The notes below the pieces were generated by a model that searched no databases, was not told the DNA's origin, and was given only the letters and a program-made list of their open reading frames with translations. Of a stretch of 20,000 nt of DNA, positions 9,201 through 19,830 are shown in pieces (within the stretch, counting starts at the first letter, position 1; each line of letters opens with the position of its first letter). The translations under genes and the position numbers were made by a program. Source of the stretch: Catajapyx aquilonaris (Eukaryota); NCBI GenBank assembly GCA_000934665.2, contig KZ538388.1, forward strand, positions 55,894 through 75,893. Reading direction: 5' to 3'.

Positions 9201-12200
9201 CTAAGTGGGTCTTTGATACAGTGTACATGTAAGAAATTAAGCCAGGCCTTAATCTTTGCCACTCTGTTTTGTATACGTATATCTTAATCACACCTGAACA
9301 TGTAGTTTTTGCTGGACGCCAACATATGAGAGCATTAACAAGATCAAGTTTGCAGATTTTTAAATTCTATATAAACTGATCTGTGATGTGAAACTATGTT
9401 TTTGATGCACACTGAACATTCCTGCATGGAACATCTGGTGCACATGGTATGTGGAGTGAAATGGAATCAATCTGGCCATAACTGAAGTCATGATGCATTA
9501 ATTTGATACCACCCACTGTTGAAACTGAACCCATGTATTTATTTATTTTAAAATTCCATGCATTCTTCAAATCTGATAATGATTTTATGAGCTTCACGCA
9601 ATATTTTAGAAATATGGGTAAAATTGAATGAACCACATGGGCCTGCCTATTTACGTTATTAAACATGCCCCACAGAATAATTTCCTGATGGTTTCACAGT
9701 CAAAACAAAAGCAAAAGTTTTATACTTGCTATGGACTTCACAATGCACACTGGCTTTTTTGTAGACTCATTGGAAGAGTTGAGTTACATGATGACAGTAT
9801 GTTCGAGTAAAAAGGCACTGACCACTGTTCCAGCTCTTGTTATGATGTCTTTTGCGCGATTCCATAAGTATCCAGTCAAAAGTCCTATCAAAAAGGGATG
9901 TTTGAACATCTTACCATTTTTCATTTTATTCTTGAATAGAGGATTGAAAAGTTGGCAATTTGAGTGTTGAATGTGACTTGAAAATGGTTTTTAAATGTCA
10001 GGTATATTTTACATTCAAGCTACTGAGTACTTTTCACATTACTAATATTTTGATTGACGTGCTAACATTTGGAGGGGCAATAAGCCACTAAGCACATGGT
10101 ATATTATTTAGAGGGAATCTTTATGTTCTTCGGTGCTTTTTGTAATATATTATTGCATTGCAAGGGTGTGTTAGAGGGGAGATAATCTGGAATGGTGCTT
10201 GAAAAATTAAGCTCCAGGATGAACTCTCTTAACCTCTTGACTTGCTCTTTTGCTGATTTAACCTGGCCTTGTGTCTGTTCCAGTGAGTACTTGTATGATG
10301 CCTATGCTGATCGGGATAACATTCCCTTAGCCAAGTAAGTCGTCAGATGAAAAATTGGATGCACTACTACAAATACATTTAAATACAAAGAGAGTGGAAC
10401 TTGTATCAATTCTATTTGTGACTTCTGAAGTGGAGCAGTAGCTTAGCCTTCTCTTACCTGCTGAAGAAGACTTGTACTGTTTTGCTTTACATTGATACAA
10501 ATGTCTGCTGGCTTTAGAAACCCTCCATTATGTTTGTGCTTGTTGTGCCTTTGAACAGCATGGATTGACATGGCATGATTCTTTCCATGCAGATCTTTGG
10601 TTTAAGTGTTGCTTTAACAGTATGCTTATTAGCTACCAAATTCAGCAATCTTGTTTCTTTCAGCGTCCGTGGCAAAAAAGGGAGGCGAAGTTATGCCGAT
10701 CGTGATGGCTATGAGAACAACAGCGGGTATGTGGTTGACACTGGAGGACCCACAACACCTCCATTTCCATCTCTCAGGGGGGGACCAAGAGGGAATCTTC
10801 GCCTGGCCCATGCAGAAAGATATGGGGACATGGCACCGAAGTAAGTTTTTATATATTTTATTATTATTATCATGTTGCTCCTCGAGTTATTTACATCTGG
10901 TTTACCTGCATAGCCTATGATGAGGGAATTATGTTCTGTGTATAATAAGAAAAATATTGGGAGTAACTTGGTTTACAATGTGTACCAGAATTATCTGATC
11001 ATACGTGGATTGATTCAAAAGTCATGGCACGTATTTTTTTATTCGAAAACTGTACCACCTACAGAGATGACCTTTGTTAAGTTTTGAAGCTCAGGTGATT
11101 ACAATTTGATTGGGTATATAGATGTCGCCCATATCGCAAGGGGGGTCGGGAAACAAAAGGGGATCGCGACCTCCCACCGCACCATCGCTGTAAAACGGCC
11201 CCAGCCTGACATGGCGATAGACAACACAGGAGCTTGCTTTCAAATGTGGAGGTGGAAGGCTGCGGCGCTAACCACTCTGCTACCGTGTCGCCCTAATTTT
11301 ATTGTGTTATGTTTCAAGATCTGCCTGAGGTTGATGCAAATTTACAAGCACAAACTGGATATGGTCAGGTAGTCCAGATCTTTCTTCGTCACCATTGAGA
11401 AGGCTTATTAAACCTTCAAATGATATGAATATTTCGTGATGTGTATTATAATACACATGTGGTAGCAAGAGGATTAAGCACGAGCAGAAACCATGAGACG
11501 AGGCAAATGCAACTGTTGATGTGTACCCTAACATTGACATGATGTCACTTGAAACTTGCGCACAATCATTGGTTTGTGTAAGGTTTATGGGCATATTTCA
11601 TCTGCCCAATTTGAATCAACTGCATTGTGGATGTCAATATATGCACACAATGCTTCTGTACTACAAATTTATACACGAAAATACTTCACTTCCAGAGTGC
11701 ATGAAGATATAGAAAGCATTTCTGCAAAGGTGGTACCAATAAGAGGGAACCTGCTTCTGTCACATGAAGACCGATATGGTGATTCTGATACCTATTCTCA
11801 CCTTGTCAGTACAAATTTAAACTTTTTATGTGCTTGGGTGCTATTGTAGTTGTTCATCATGGCAGATGATCAAGTTTCTTGTCAACAGTGCCGTTTGTGT
11901 TTGCCTCATGTCCATACTCTTCTGCGTGTGTTTTGTGAATCTTTAAAACTGCATTCCATTAATGCCTTGCTTACATTCTGTTCATTCATGTCACACTGTG
12001 TTACTACGTGCCTCACACAAGATCATTCATTCGGTTGTATACTGTTTCCTCCCTATACCCTTTTTCTGTGTTTAGATCACTTTATTTTAGAAAGAGTTGG
12101 TGCTTATTTGGGGAAGGATCCAACAAAAACTTTTGTGATGTTGTTATGCAAGTCTAGGAGGTGCGATTCCATTCAAAGTCTCAGTCCAGGCTGTGTGTAG

Positions 12201-15200
12201 GGATACACCAGCTGACAAGACTTCCTGTGACTGAGTTAGTTTTTGTACAGACATGGTCTTAGCAGAATTGTTGGTGGCTTTCAAAAGAGTTTATCTAGTT
12301 CTGGATCAAGGAAGAAACCTTGGCTGGTTGTCCATCTATGCACAGCCTGTAGAAGCAAGGGAAAAGAATCTAATTACATCAATCTGCCAGTGGAAATTAT
12401 CACAATTGATACAGGGATGCATGGGAGGTTGGAGGATGTCCTTCATTGTGACATCATACTTAAAAATAATAATTCAGGTGTCTTGGAGCATTTCTCAAAG
12501 CAATTGGGGAAGTGTAGACTTTTGTGATTGTGAGTTGGGGAATGGTTCAGCAAACAAACACAAAGCTACCATTGTAGCTTGCCATTGTAGAAAAATGGTG
12601 CATATCCACAACTGATGCCCAAATTATAAGCGGAGAAACAAGTATTTTAATTTAAAATTTTGATAGCAGTCAGTGTAACCAAGAGCTCTTGGTGTAACTC
12701 AAAGAGTTCTGCTATAATATGCAGGGTGTCCCTTACTAGTCGTCCTTCCGTCCGGCAGTGCACTAATTGGCCCAAAACAAGGTATAAATGTAGGGAGGAG
12801 AAATGTCGAGGCAGTAACCGGTAACGAGATAAACGATGATCAAGATGAGGTCGCCCCTAAGACAATCGCGGCCACCCACCCACCGGCTTATGTGCAGGAG
12901 GAGCGGCAATCGGTTCTACTCCCTCACGTGTAGGGGTTGCCTAGGGGGCAGGATATGAACCCCACATTGCAACCTGAGCACGAGACAACCTTGCTAAACC
13001 GATTGCCGCTCCTGCCGCACAAAAGGTAATTAATATTCATCAGTGAGTAAACTGGGTCAGGATTTGTAGTAGTCACAGTTACAATGTCCTTTTCGTTGTC
13101 TTCCATCAAGGTAGTTAGTCGGAATATTAGAATGACAAACCCTTTTTGCTGTGTCTTGTGATCCACTGCATATTTGTGAAGTACGATGGTCTAGCACCAT
13201 TGTACTTCACAAAGAAAAAAATGAAGTATGCACTAAGTTGTGCACAGGAAGTGCTCTAAGGCCCGATTCACACGAGCCTCCAATAGTCCCGGGAGCATGC
13301 GCAGTAGGTGATTTGGGCCTGGCCGAAAGGGGCGGAGTTTGTTCCTTCAACCAAATAGCCCCTGCTCTATTTTCCTTGCGCTTTCCCGACCGCCTTCCCC
13401 CACCCAGCAAGCAAAGGGAGGTTTTTGACAGGGAGGTGGGAGGGCGGGAGGGGTCGGCGTGAAAGTTGCCACTCTTTCAGCTCTGTTGAATGACGTCACT
13501 GGCAGAAAAGGCGAACAACCAAAGCGACCGTGTGAATCGGGCCTAACTCTACAAACAAGAATACCAATTAGGACTTTGTTTACAATTTACTGCTTGTAAG
13601 TCTTCATTTCCATACCAAGACAAAATGCATCAAGCTGTGCTGTAGCGTAGCAGTATGGGCTATGGCGCTATGCCACTAGTTAAATTTTTGAATATAAAAA
13701 CTGGTACCTAGAATTAACTTTGCTTACTGCCATATGCAAAAGTATAGGGTAGTATTTCAGATTGACTCCCAATTTTTAATGAAACTTCCAGTATATTTTA
13801 TAGTGCTTGTTCTGCAATGTATTTTGGTACTTTTCTGCATTTTAATCAATACCTTGCTTACTACTTTATGATGTATTACAATGATACTGGACTGTATAAT
13901 ACTCCACTGCACTGGTTGGAGAAAATAAACGGGCTGAGTATTAAATTGTAAATGGAAATTAATGAAGTTAACTAGAATGTGCAGAATATGACTAGGCACA
14001 TAAAAATGAGATTAAAAACAGTCTTTAATAAAGGCTTCAAAGCTTCAATTTCGAAAGTCATATTTAGAAGAAATGCACCCAGCCCCTCAGTGTAGTTAGA
14101 AATTGCAAAGGTGATACATCATGATGAAGTGAATTCCAATTTGCAGGGCAAGTTACATACAGGGTGTGTTAAATGTAACTTCATAATGTTTCTTGCTTAT
14201 AAACTAATACAAATGAAATGATAACAATATGGATATCAGTATTTGGTAGTGAATTCTTTGGTATTTGTTGCATGGTAATAGTCACATGCACTGAAATTTC
14301 TAGTGTATTTTGTGCTGATTATTGCAATGTTTTAAATATGCAGTATAGGGTTTTAGAAAGATGATTTGAAACACTGTCAAGAAGAATAGCAAGGGTGCTG
14401 AGAATTCAAATATCAGGAAGTGTGACTGCCATATCAAATGTCAAGCTAACGATGTGCCAAATGTTGGAAGTTATGTTTTGCGTTAGTTTTACAAGCAAGA
14501 AACAATTGTGACTTTCTTTTGAGACATCCTGCAGTGTAAAAAGAATCAGAGGCAAAAAGTAGGGTGGTACAATTTTAAGAGGCTAAAGGAAAAGGGTGCA
14601 GTGCGGAGGGAGTCCCAAAACATATTAAGACTATGAACTATGCCCACCTCTTCTTCATGTCTTAGGAATTGGGATTCTCCTCCTGGACTGCCACTGCACT
14701 ACGCTCCCCCTTTGCTGTCATCATCCGAGTATGAACGCCCTCCACCTTACTACTACCCAGGGCCAGGGTGAGTGGGGGCTTTTCAGTAGGATGCATGCAA
14801 TCAATGGATGTTGTAGGGTGTAATATTATAGGTGTAGGGGTAATTTGTTACAGCTAGGTGCTTGTATGTTGCTTGTATGTGCTCTTGGGGAGTAGTGTAA
14901 CATGAGCTTAAACCATTGCTAATGTAGAAATAGGTGGACCATTATACAGGGTGCAGAAATTCAATGTATTGTCACTTTGGGGGGTGGTAGAGGGGTTCTA
15001 GGCAATAATTTTAAATATAGGTATCATGGGTCTCTGCAGCATAGTTACCAAGATATGGGCTTCCAACACAAGGTATAAAATATCCTGGCCGGTATGGTAT
15101 GCATCTGTCTGCACAACCTTATCCTTTTCATTTAAATTGTAGGTGTTACCATGCAATTTAAATTTGAGATGTGATCCCATTAGGGATGAGGCATAGCAGG

Positions 15201-15442
15201 CAATGGCCTAGGCTAGGTGATGGAAGAGTTGTAGGCTGTATCTGAGACAAGCTGGTATAATGCGCTCTTATTGCTAATTATCTCTGTAACTAGGCTGTGG
15301 AGTCCCACGATAACTATGCTTAAATTGATAACCTAGAACCCCTCAACCATTTCCCAAAGTGATGGTATGTTAAATTTCCACACCCTGTATATGGGCTGAG
15401 ATGTAATGCACTTGTTATTTTTTTTGCAGTGATTTGAAGTAG
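3106..15442 (+). CDS. promL: Prominin-like protein (CD133/prominin family), 5'-truncated by the window; join(3106..3271,4756..4876,4950..5102,6322..6534,6602..6836,6900..7217,7290..7448,7514..7635,10284..10334,10664..10840,14666..14767,15430..15442)
   Basis: All junctions are GT-AG and phase-consistent; the total is 1830 nt = 609 aa + stop. The translation has prominin hallmarks: TM + Cys-rich GLFCGFCGKSPDAIYGDDCCNRGTGSRLLM, GRCGPIS...CQDVLEPLNGFW, last TM WCLLLFIPCMILAV, and insect prominin-like tail motifs EYLYDAYADRDNIPLA, RYGDMAPK and EYERPPPYYYPG. The last 13-nt exon is less certain. Confidence 0.92.
3425..4492. mobile_element. Degenerate non-autonomous TIR element, PIF/Harbinger-like
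   Basis: Termini GGGCCGAATTTTCGTCTT / AAGACGAAAATTCGACCC; subterminal GAATTTTCGT at 3430 and 3508, inverted at 4391 and 4478; TSD is degraded (tag/aaa). Confidence 0.6.
3781..4057. mobile_element. Nested foldback MITE (TA-CAGGG start, Tc1/mariner-like)
   Basis: Inverted arms CGTTTTATTTATCACTATTATCGCCCGAAGTAGTTATTTTTTGTAG / CTACAAAAATAACTACTTCAGGCGATATTAGTTATAAATAAAACG. Confidence 0.6.
4756..4876 (+). CDS. promL: Prominin-like exon (GDLKKVFSDIAS...YIKEYSRYR)
   Basis: Acceptor tttttcattgcag, donor gtaagg; phase 1 to 2; ends in the YR preceding TM3. Confidence 0.88.
4950..5102 (+). CDS. promL: Prominin-like exon: TM3 and Cys-rich intracellular loop
   Basis: Acceptor ctaacag, donor gtaagt; encodes YYADEAICIILLVILLCFVGGLFCGFCGKSPDAIYGDDCCNRGTGSRLLM. 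Confidence 0.95.
5440..5760 (-). pseudogene. Frameshifted DD41D/mariner-like transposase catalytic fragment
   Basis: IFQQDGAPPHWSLEVR...WCGR followed, after a frameshift, by WPENSLDLTPPDFFVCG, resembling the FQQDGAP / WPPRSPDLTPxDFFLWG motifs. Confidence 0.85.
5791..6134. mobile_element. Foldback MITE with CTCACAAGGG-type termini, nested in the DD41D element
   Basis: Arms CTGACAAGGGAAAGACCAAGGTCAGTCGCCTCTGATTTGGTTGAAACT / AGTTTCAACCAAATCGGAGGCGACTGACCTTAGTCGTTCCCTTGTGAG; flanks CA/TA. Confidence 0.75.
6322..6534 (+). CDS. promL: Prominin-like exon: TM4 and start of second extracellular loop
   Basis: Acceptor cttgtttccag, donor gtaggt; encodes GVYLVFLLSSLVMLVTVAHFLVGSLARKFVCEQVENP... Confidence 0.93.
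6602..6836 (+). CDS. promL: Prominin-like exon (RCNQNQSLYITL...FKEFAKV), several N-glycosylation sequons
   Basis: Acceptor tttacacag, donor gtaagt; conserved C-x-x-N-x-S-L-Y motif. Confidence 0.9.
6900..7217 (+). CDS. promL: Prominin-like exon (LHEKVTTVDLN...HGSTLLRE)
   Basis: Acceptor cattttcag, donor gtacgt; 318-nt open phase-0 exon. Confidence 0.9.
7290..7448 (+). CDS. promL: Prominin-like exon (…EMGRCGPISRAVNSSISAVCQDVLEPL)
   Basis: Acceptor atttttcag, donor gtaagc; conserved G-x-C-x-P...C pair. Confidence 0.93.
7514..7635 (+). CDS. promL: Prominin-like exon: TM5 (NGFWVSAGWCLLLFIPCMILAVSAASLYRKTEPYSG...)
   Basis: Acceptor cattag, donor gtaagt; NGFW signature; not in the ORF track. Confidence 0.93.
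7696..8935. mobile_element. Large composite foldback element (~460-bp inverted arms, CTCACAAGGG-type termini)
   Basis: 7696-8163 is the reverse complement of ~8476-8935; ORFs 7819-8187(-) and 8416-8655(+) are near-identical translations of the two arms. Confidence 0.85.
8129..8474. mobile_element. CACTG-terminus (CACTA/EnSpm-like) non-autonomous element at the centre of the foldback
   Basis: TA-CA(T/C)TGTAAAC...GTTTACAGTG-TA termini; a ~45-bp unit (AAAGAGCATCACTGGTGAGTCTCCCATG...) occurs four times in alternating orientation. Confidence 0.6.
10284..10334 (+). CDS. promL: Prominin-like 51-nt cytoplasmic-tail exon (EYLYDAYADRDNIPLA)
   Basis: Acceptor tctgttccag, donor gtaagt; symmetric phase 2-2; motif typical of insect prominin-like tails. 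Confidence 0.85.
10664..10840 (+). CDS. promL: Prominin-like tail exon (VRGKKGRRSYADRD...RYGDMAPK)
   Basis: Acceptor ttgtttctttcag, donor gtaagt; 177 nt, phase 2-2. Confidence 0.85.
11003..12310 (+). pseudogene. Highly decayed mariner-like element
   Basis: Ordered weak echoes of mariner motifs: LCKVYG, LCAWVL...DDQ (cf. CARWVP..LT..Q), PPYT...DHF (cf. PPYSPDL..D.F), YRHGLSRIVGGFQK (cf. FY..GI..L..RWQK). Boundaries are approximate. Confidence 0.35.
12891..13021. repeat. Short inverted repeat / hairpin
   Basis: Perfect 17-bp pair AGGAGCGGCAATCGGTT (12899-12915) / AACCGATTGCCGCTCCT (12997-13013), with an inner GGTTGC/GCAACC stem. Confidence 0.7.
13260..13543. mobile_element. PIF/Harbinger (Tourist-like) MITE, 284 bp
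   Basis: Perfect 15-bp TIRs GGCCCGATTCACACG / CGTGTGAATCGGGCC; TAA TSD at 13257-13259 and 13544-13546. Confidence 0.92.
14160..14531. mobile_element. Degenerate Tc1/mariner-like MITE
   Basis: TA-CAGGGTGTG...TGTTTCTTGCTTATAAACTAA at the left end; TTAGTTTTACAAGCAAGAAACA...GACATCCTG at the right end. Confidence 0.65.
14666..14767 (+). CDS. promL: Prominin-like tail exon (NWDSPPG...EYERPPPYYYPGPG); ends at donor GTGAGT, or at TGA 14769-14771 if unspliced
   Basis: Acceptor ttcttcatgtcttag; phase matches the preceding exon; PPxY motif. Confidence 0.85.
14947..15387. mobile_element. Tc1/mariner-like MITE
   Basis: TA TSD at 14945-14946 and 15388-15389; ~85-bp imperfect TIRs CAGGGTG...CACTTTGGG...AGGGGTTCTAGG. 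Confidence 0.82.
15430..15442 (+). CDS. promL: Probable terminal coding exon (G-D-L-K-stop) followed by 3' UTR
   Basis: Strong acceptor cttgttattttttttgcag; GG|T GAT TTG AAG TAG is in phase with donor 14768; the intervening MITE would then be intronic. Confidence 0.55.
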
Positions 15443-15545
15443 ACCAACTGCATTCTCAACCCAGTGCCAAACTGAGGCTGGTTTTTCTTCCCCTCCTGCC
15501 AACCATTCTCCTGCATTTCGAAGTCCCCTCTTTGGTTTCCTTGCC

Positions 15546-15623
15546 TGCCAGCCAACCAGCCAATCCATTGACCCAACATACCAAGAAGCAAACACTCGAC
15601 ACAACCAACCAGCCAACCAACCA
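15546..15623 (+). repeat. Degenerate CCAA/CCAG tetranucleotide repeats (putative 3' UTR)
   Basis: gccagccaaccagccaatcc and caaccaaccagccaaccaacc. Confidence 0.5.
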
Positions 15624-17213
15624 CACGGGCATTTGGGCTGCTGGGAAGATAAGGAATGGCATTGTGTGACATTCAGCAGTGTTAACAAGTGAAAGAGTTT
15701 TATTGTTATGGCTTCCAGTTTGCAGCCGTCCACTCGTGTGGCTCTAACTTTAGTGTTTTTGCTCCAGTTGTGTGCTTGACTTAAAGGAAGTTTATGTGGC
15801 TGTGACAGCTGTCTGGAATATTTTGGTGCAAAGAAAGTGCATGTGAAGTGGCTCAATGTTGGATTGGTTCACGCCACGACACAAGGAGTACAAACTTTGA
15901 GCATATAGGGTTTTGGATGGGGAGAGAAGTTATGCTGGAGAGTTGTCAAGAAAGCCATATCCTCCCTCCAATATGTTTGTCATGTTCGACTTTTGGCAGA
16001 GTTAATACAGTATTTTAATGAATGTACTAGTCTTTTTGCCTGAGCGGACCATAAAGTGTTATATTTTCAAAGTCAGACATGCACTTCAAGAAACATGTGG
16101 TCCACCGTTGAATGGAAGAGATCTGTTCCTTGCTGATGGGAAGGAGGATCGTACTTCTTCCTGCTGTTATGAGTCGAGTTAAGTGAGAAGTGGTCATGAT
16201 TAAGCCATAAGTTGTTAAAATGTTGCCTGGAGGAAGTGTGTTTTTTTGTGTGTAAATAGTCATAATTATTGTGTTTTGAGCTTGTTGGACAAGATTGTTT
16301 AAATTTCCATACCTGTGTGGGTGTGCACCTTGCATTTCTTGGTGTGAGTACTCTTTCAAGAACGTTTTTCCAATTGAGGTAGCATCTTCAAATCCACCAA
16401 ATTGTTGCATAATGAGAGGATGAGTACAGCTCGAACATGTGGTGCCCCATTTCCTGGTTAAATGGCACACTGGACTACAATTTCGTGGCAGGATCAAGAT
16501 CAGGAATATGTAAAAGAACAACTTCAGTAGTGTTTTGCACCTGATTTCTGTGCCACTGAGTAGTAGTCAAGTGATCTCATTTCCAGAAACTTGGATACCA
16601 CATGCTTTTGGAATGCTCTGCAAGGCTAACAAGATAAACCTCATATTGTTGCAGTCACTGTGAAGAAGCACTGCCCAATCTCTCAAGATTTGCATAAACA
16701 TTATTTGCACTTCAATTTTTCAAAGCAGCAATGTGATAGTATATTGTTGGTATTAATGTTAAACATGATTGCTGCATCAGTTTATTGTCCTTAAACCATT
16801 GCAAATAATGTTTATGTAACATACTTAGATTTGACTGTAACATTACTTGTGCTTTTACTGTCTTCCTCTGCGCCACTCTTCTCTTGAATACCTCTTTGTT
16901 ATAATTAGTGGGCCATACGATGCATCCTTCCCTGCAGTCCACCTTTACTTGTATTAGATTATTAGTATAAAATGCATAGTAGAGGAAGAGGATCTTGATA
17001 CCAAACGAGGCAGAATAACAAGTTCAAAAGAAGAATGGAAATTGGCAGTGGAAGGCTCGTAGAAATTGCCTCTTCGATTTTATGTGACAATAGAACAGTG
17101 TTACCAGAAGTTGGATATTGTGCAACGTAAATGGCACTCATAGAGAATGTCTTAAAAGGTGTTTACATAAACATATGTTGAAAAGTGGCGCTATGTAAGA
17201 TGTAACATAACAA

Positions 17214-17990
17214 GTGAAGGTCTACATGGTGCTAAGAAAACTAAGGTGGAAGAAGATGTTATGGGAAAGTTATGATCTGTTTAATTCAGAATTGCATCAG
17301 AAATGTTTTTGTGTTGCCACTCAACATTTAACCAATCACAAAATTCAATCCATGGTAGCAACTGAACTTCTGCTGCAATATTGGAATAGGCAGACCATAT
17401 GTGAATGCTCAGTTATGTACATCTTGTAATGGGCACATGAAGTTTTTTAATGTACATTTCGTGTTTGTCTTATTTGTACCTGAGAATTACCCCTTTTCAT
17501 TTCACTTGGTCCATCTGCACAACTTGACTAACTTATTTCTTTTATTGGTTGCTGCAATCAGACTATATTTTGTCCTGCCATGTGGAGCAAAAGTTAGTTC
17601 AAACCTGTATCAGTAGAATTTATGGGCACTCTTTAGTTGATGTATATTCCTGTATACAGCAGTGAATACTGGATGGGGATATTGTTGGCAATTACTCTTA
17701 CACCTCCAGATGGCACACCACGTGACACACCTCCAGAAAAGCCATTGGATACATTCCTAGTTAAGGCTGGGAGGTTTTTGGAGCACGGTTTGGAGCATCC
17801 ATTTTTAGCCCTGATCTGGGCACTCCATTTACCACACCTGAAACCTGAAGTGCCCAAAGAAGACAAAATGTTCCAGAGCAACAATGAGGTGAAGGATGCA
17901 GTCACATGATGGAAAGATCAACAGAGCCTTATACCTGTATTTCTGAGATAGGAAAATCACAAGCTTCTGCACTAGTGGGAAAAATATGAC
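17214..17990 (+). pseudogene. Decayed mariner transposase remnant
   Basis: Frameshifted motifs in mariner order: HLTNHKIQSMVATELLLQY, GWEVF, HP..SPDLG, HLPHLK...MFQSNNEVKDAVT*W, KLLH*WEK. Confidence 0.65.
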
Positions 17991-18640
17991 CAGGGCCTTG
18001 ATGACTTGTGGGGAAGAAGTATTTAATGTCTCCCAGCTGTCATGTAAGTTCTGGGGACCTGTCATTGTTTCAACTCGACAGTATATCATGGGGAACACTT
18101 GCAGCATTCTTCATATTCACAAGGGTTTTGTGGCCATCATAGGGACTTCATGTTGATGAATGAGAAGACCAGTTTGGCATGACAGTCTTGAAGGGAACAA
18201 CACTGCAGACAGATACAGTTGGGGATAAAAGTGTTGTTGTTTTTAAATCGGCATTGCTTCAGGCTTGTTTTCCCTTTTAGGCGGCCAGTTGGGAGATATT
18301 CTCTTGGGTCATGGTGGGATCACAAATACCTTCAAGATAAGCAGCATTTTGTTGACAGCTGAACATGAATACATGATCCATATTGCACAAATGTTATTTT
18401 ACACAGCAAGAGTCAATTTCACATGGTTAGGCATGCCCAAAATAGGGGCTTCTGACAAAACACAGCCATGCAACTTGTATTAGGCTATTTTCACACTAGG
18501 CCGCCAGGTATTTGCAATGCTGCAAGTGGAGCCTTTCACACATGGTGGTTGGCAGCGCTGTCCACGCACCGCCAGAAATGCTGGTGGCGGGCAGGGCGAC
18601 TTTTGGCCGCGCCGCCACTTGTTTGCATTGAATCATATGA

Positions 18641-19017
<377 letters not shown>

Positions 19018-19756
19018 GAATCATATGAAGCCTTTCACACGAGACGCGACTTTTCTTGCGGCCAGCAGTGCCACCTAAATTATAGCAGCGCTGCCATGCT
19101 GGCCTCGTGTAAAAATACCCTTAAAGCCCAACAAAGCAAAGTAAAATCAAACAGTTTATAGTTATACATCTTCCAAACTGACAGTGAGATGCCCTGATGA
19201 CAACATTCAGCTGCACCACTCTTGGCTGCACTCTGTTTGGATGTCTGGTGGAGCAGAGTGGTCACTCTCTCCTCCCATGGTGTTACATCCCCATAGCTTG
19301 GCACCAGGTATGCATTAATAATCATGTCAAATTTTGTCCCCAAATTGTAGGTTGTATAAAGCACAGCTCATATTATTTTCTAGATTTGCTGAGGCCATTT
19401 ATAACAAATTCAATATATTGTTATAATTGTTACTAATTTCAGTGCATCTGATAGACATTTAGAGTTTAAATGAGGATTTTACATAGCTGTGTTGTGAGAT
19501 TACTCCTTGCATTAATGCCAACAATGTCAACAGGTGCATGTTCTGAAACACAACAGAGGCTTACAAGGGAAGTGTCTGTAGGGCCATCGGCCAATCGGCC
19601 CGAAAATGACACTAGGGGTAAATCGCAGGCCAGAAATTCATTGGTGAAAGTAAAAAGTTGCATTAGCCAAGCGTTTTCGAGATATGGGCGACTATAGGTG
19701 CCCGGCAAACCTGCTCGGTGACAATAGGGCGCATTCGGCAGAAGGAATTATAAACA

Positions 19757-19830
19757 GTCTTCGTGGCTCAGTCGGTAGCGCGTCCGCGTCATGATCCGAA
19801 GTCTCCACGTTCAAATCCGCGGGAAGCGAC
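19757..19830 (+). pseudogene. tRNA-Met(CAT)-like pseudogene or SINE head
   Basis: A box TGGCTCAGTCGG, GCGCGTCCGCGT-CAT-GATCCGAAG anticodon region, B box GTTCAAATCC, then T10 at 19831-19840; anticodon and acceptor stems pair poorly. Confidence 0.6.

Noticed and set aside
9500..9950. Faint minus-strand transposase-like words (PFFDRT, LWGMFNNV)
   Set aside because: Too degenerate to call without a profile search; no TIRs found.
15320..15856. 178-aa minus-strand ORF with repeated GWLAGWL
   Set aside because: Produced by CCAA/CCAG low-complexity repeats antisense to the probable 3' UTR.
15900..16700. 164-aa minus-strand ORF and a possible decayed LINE reverse-transcriptase motif (RAF..VW)
   Set aside because: No intact RT motifs and no splice or homology support visible.
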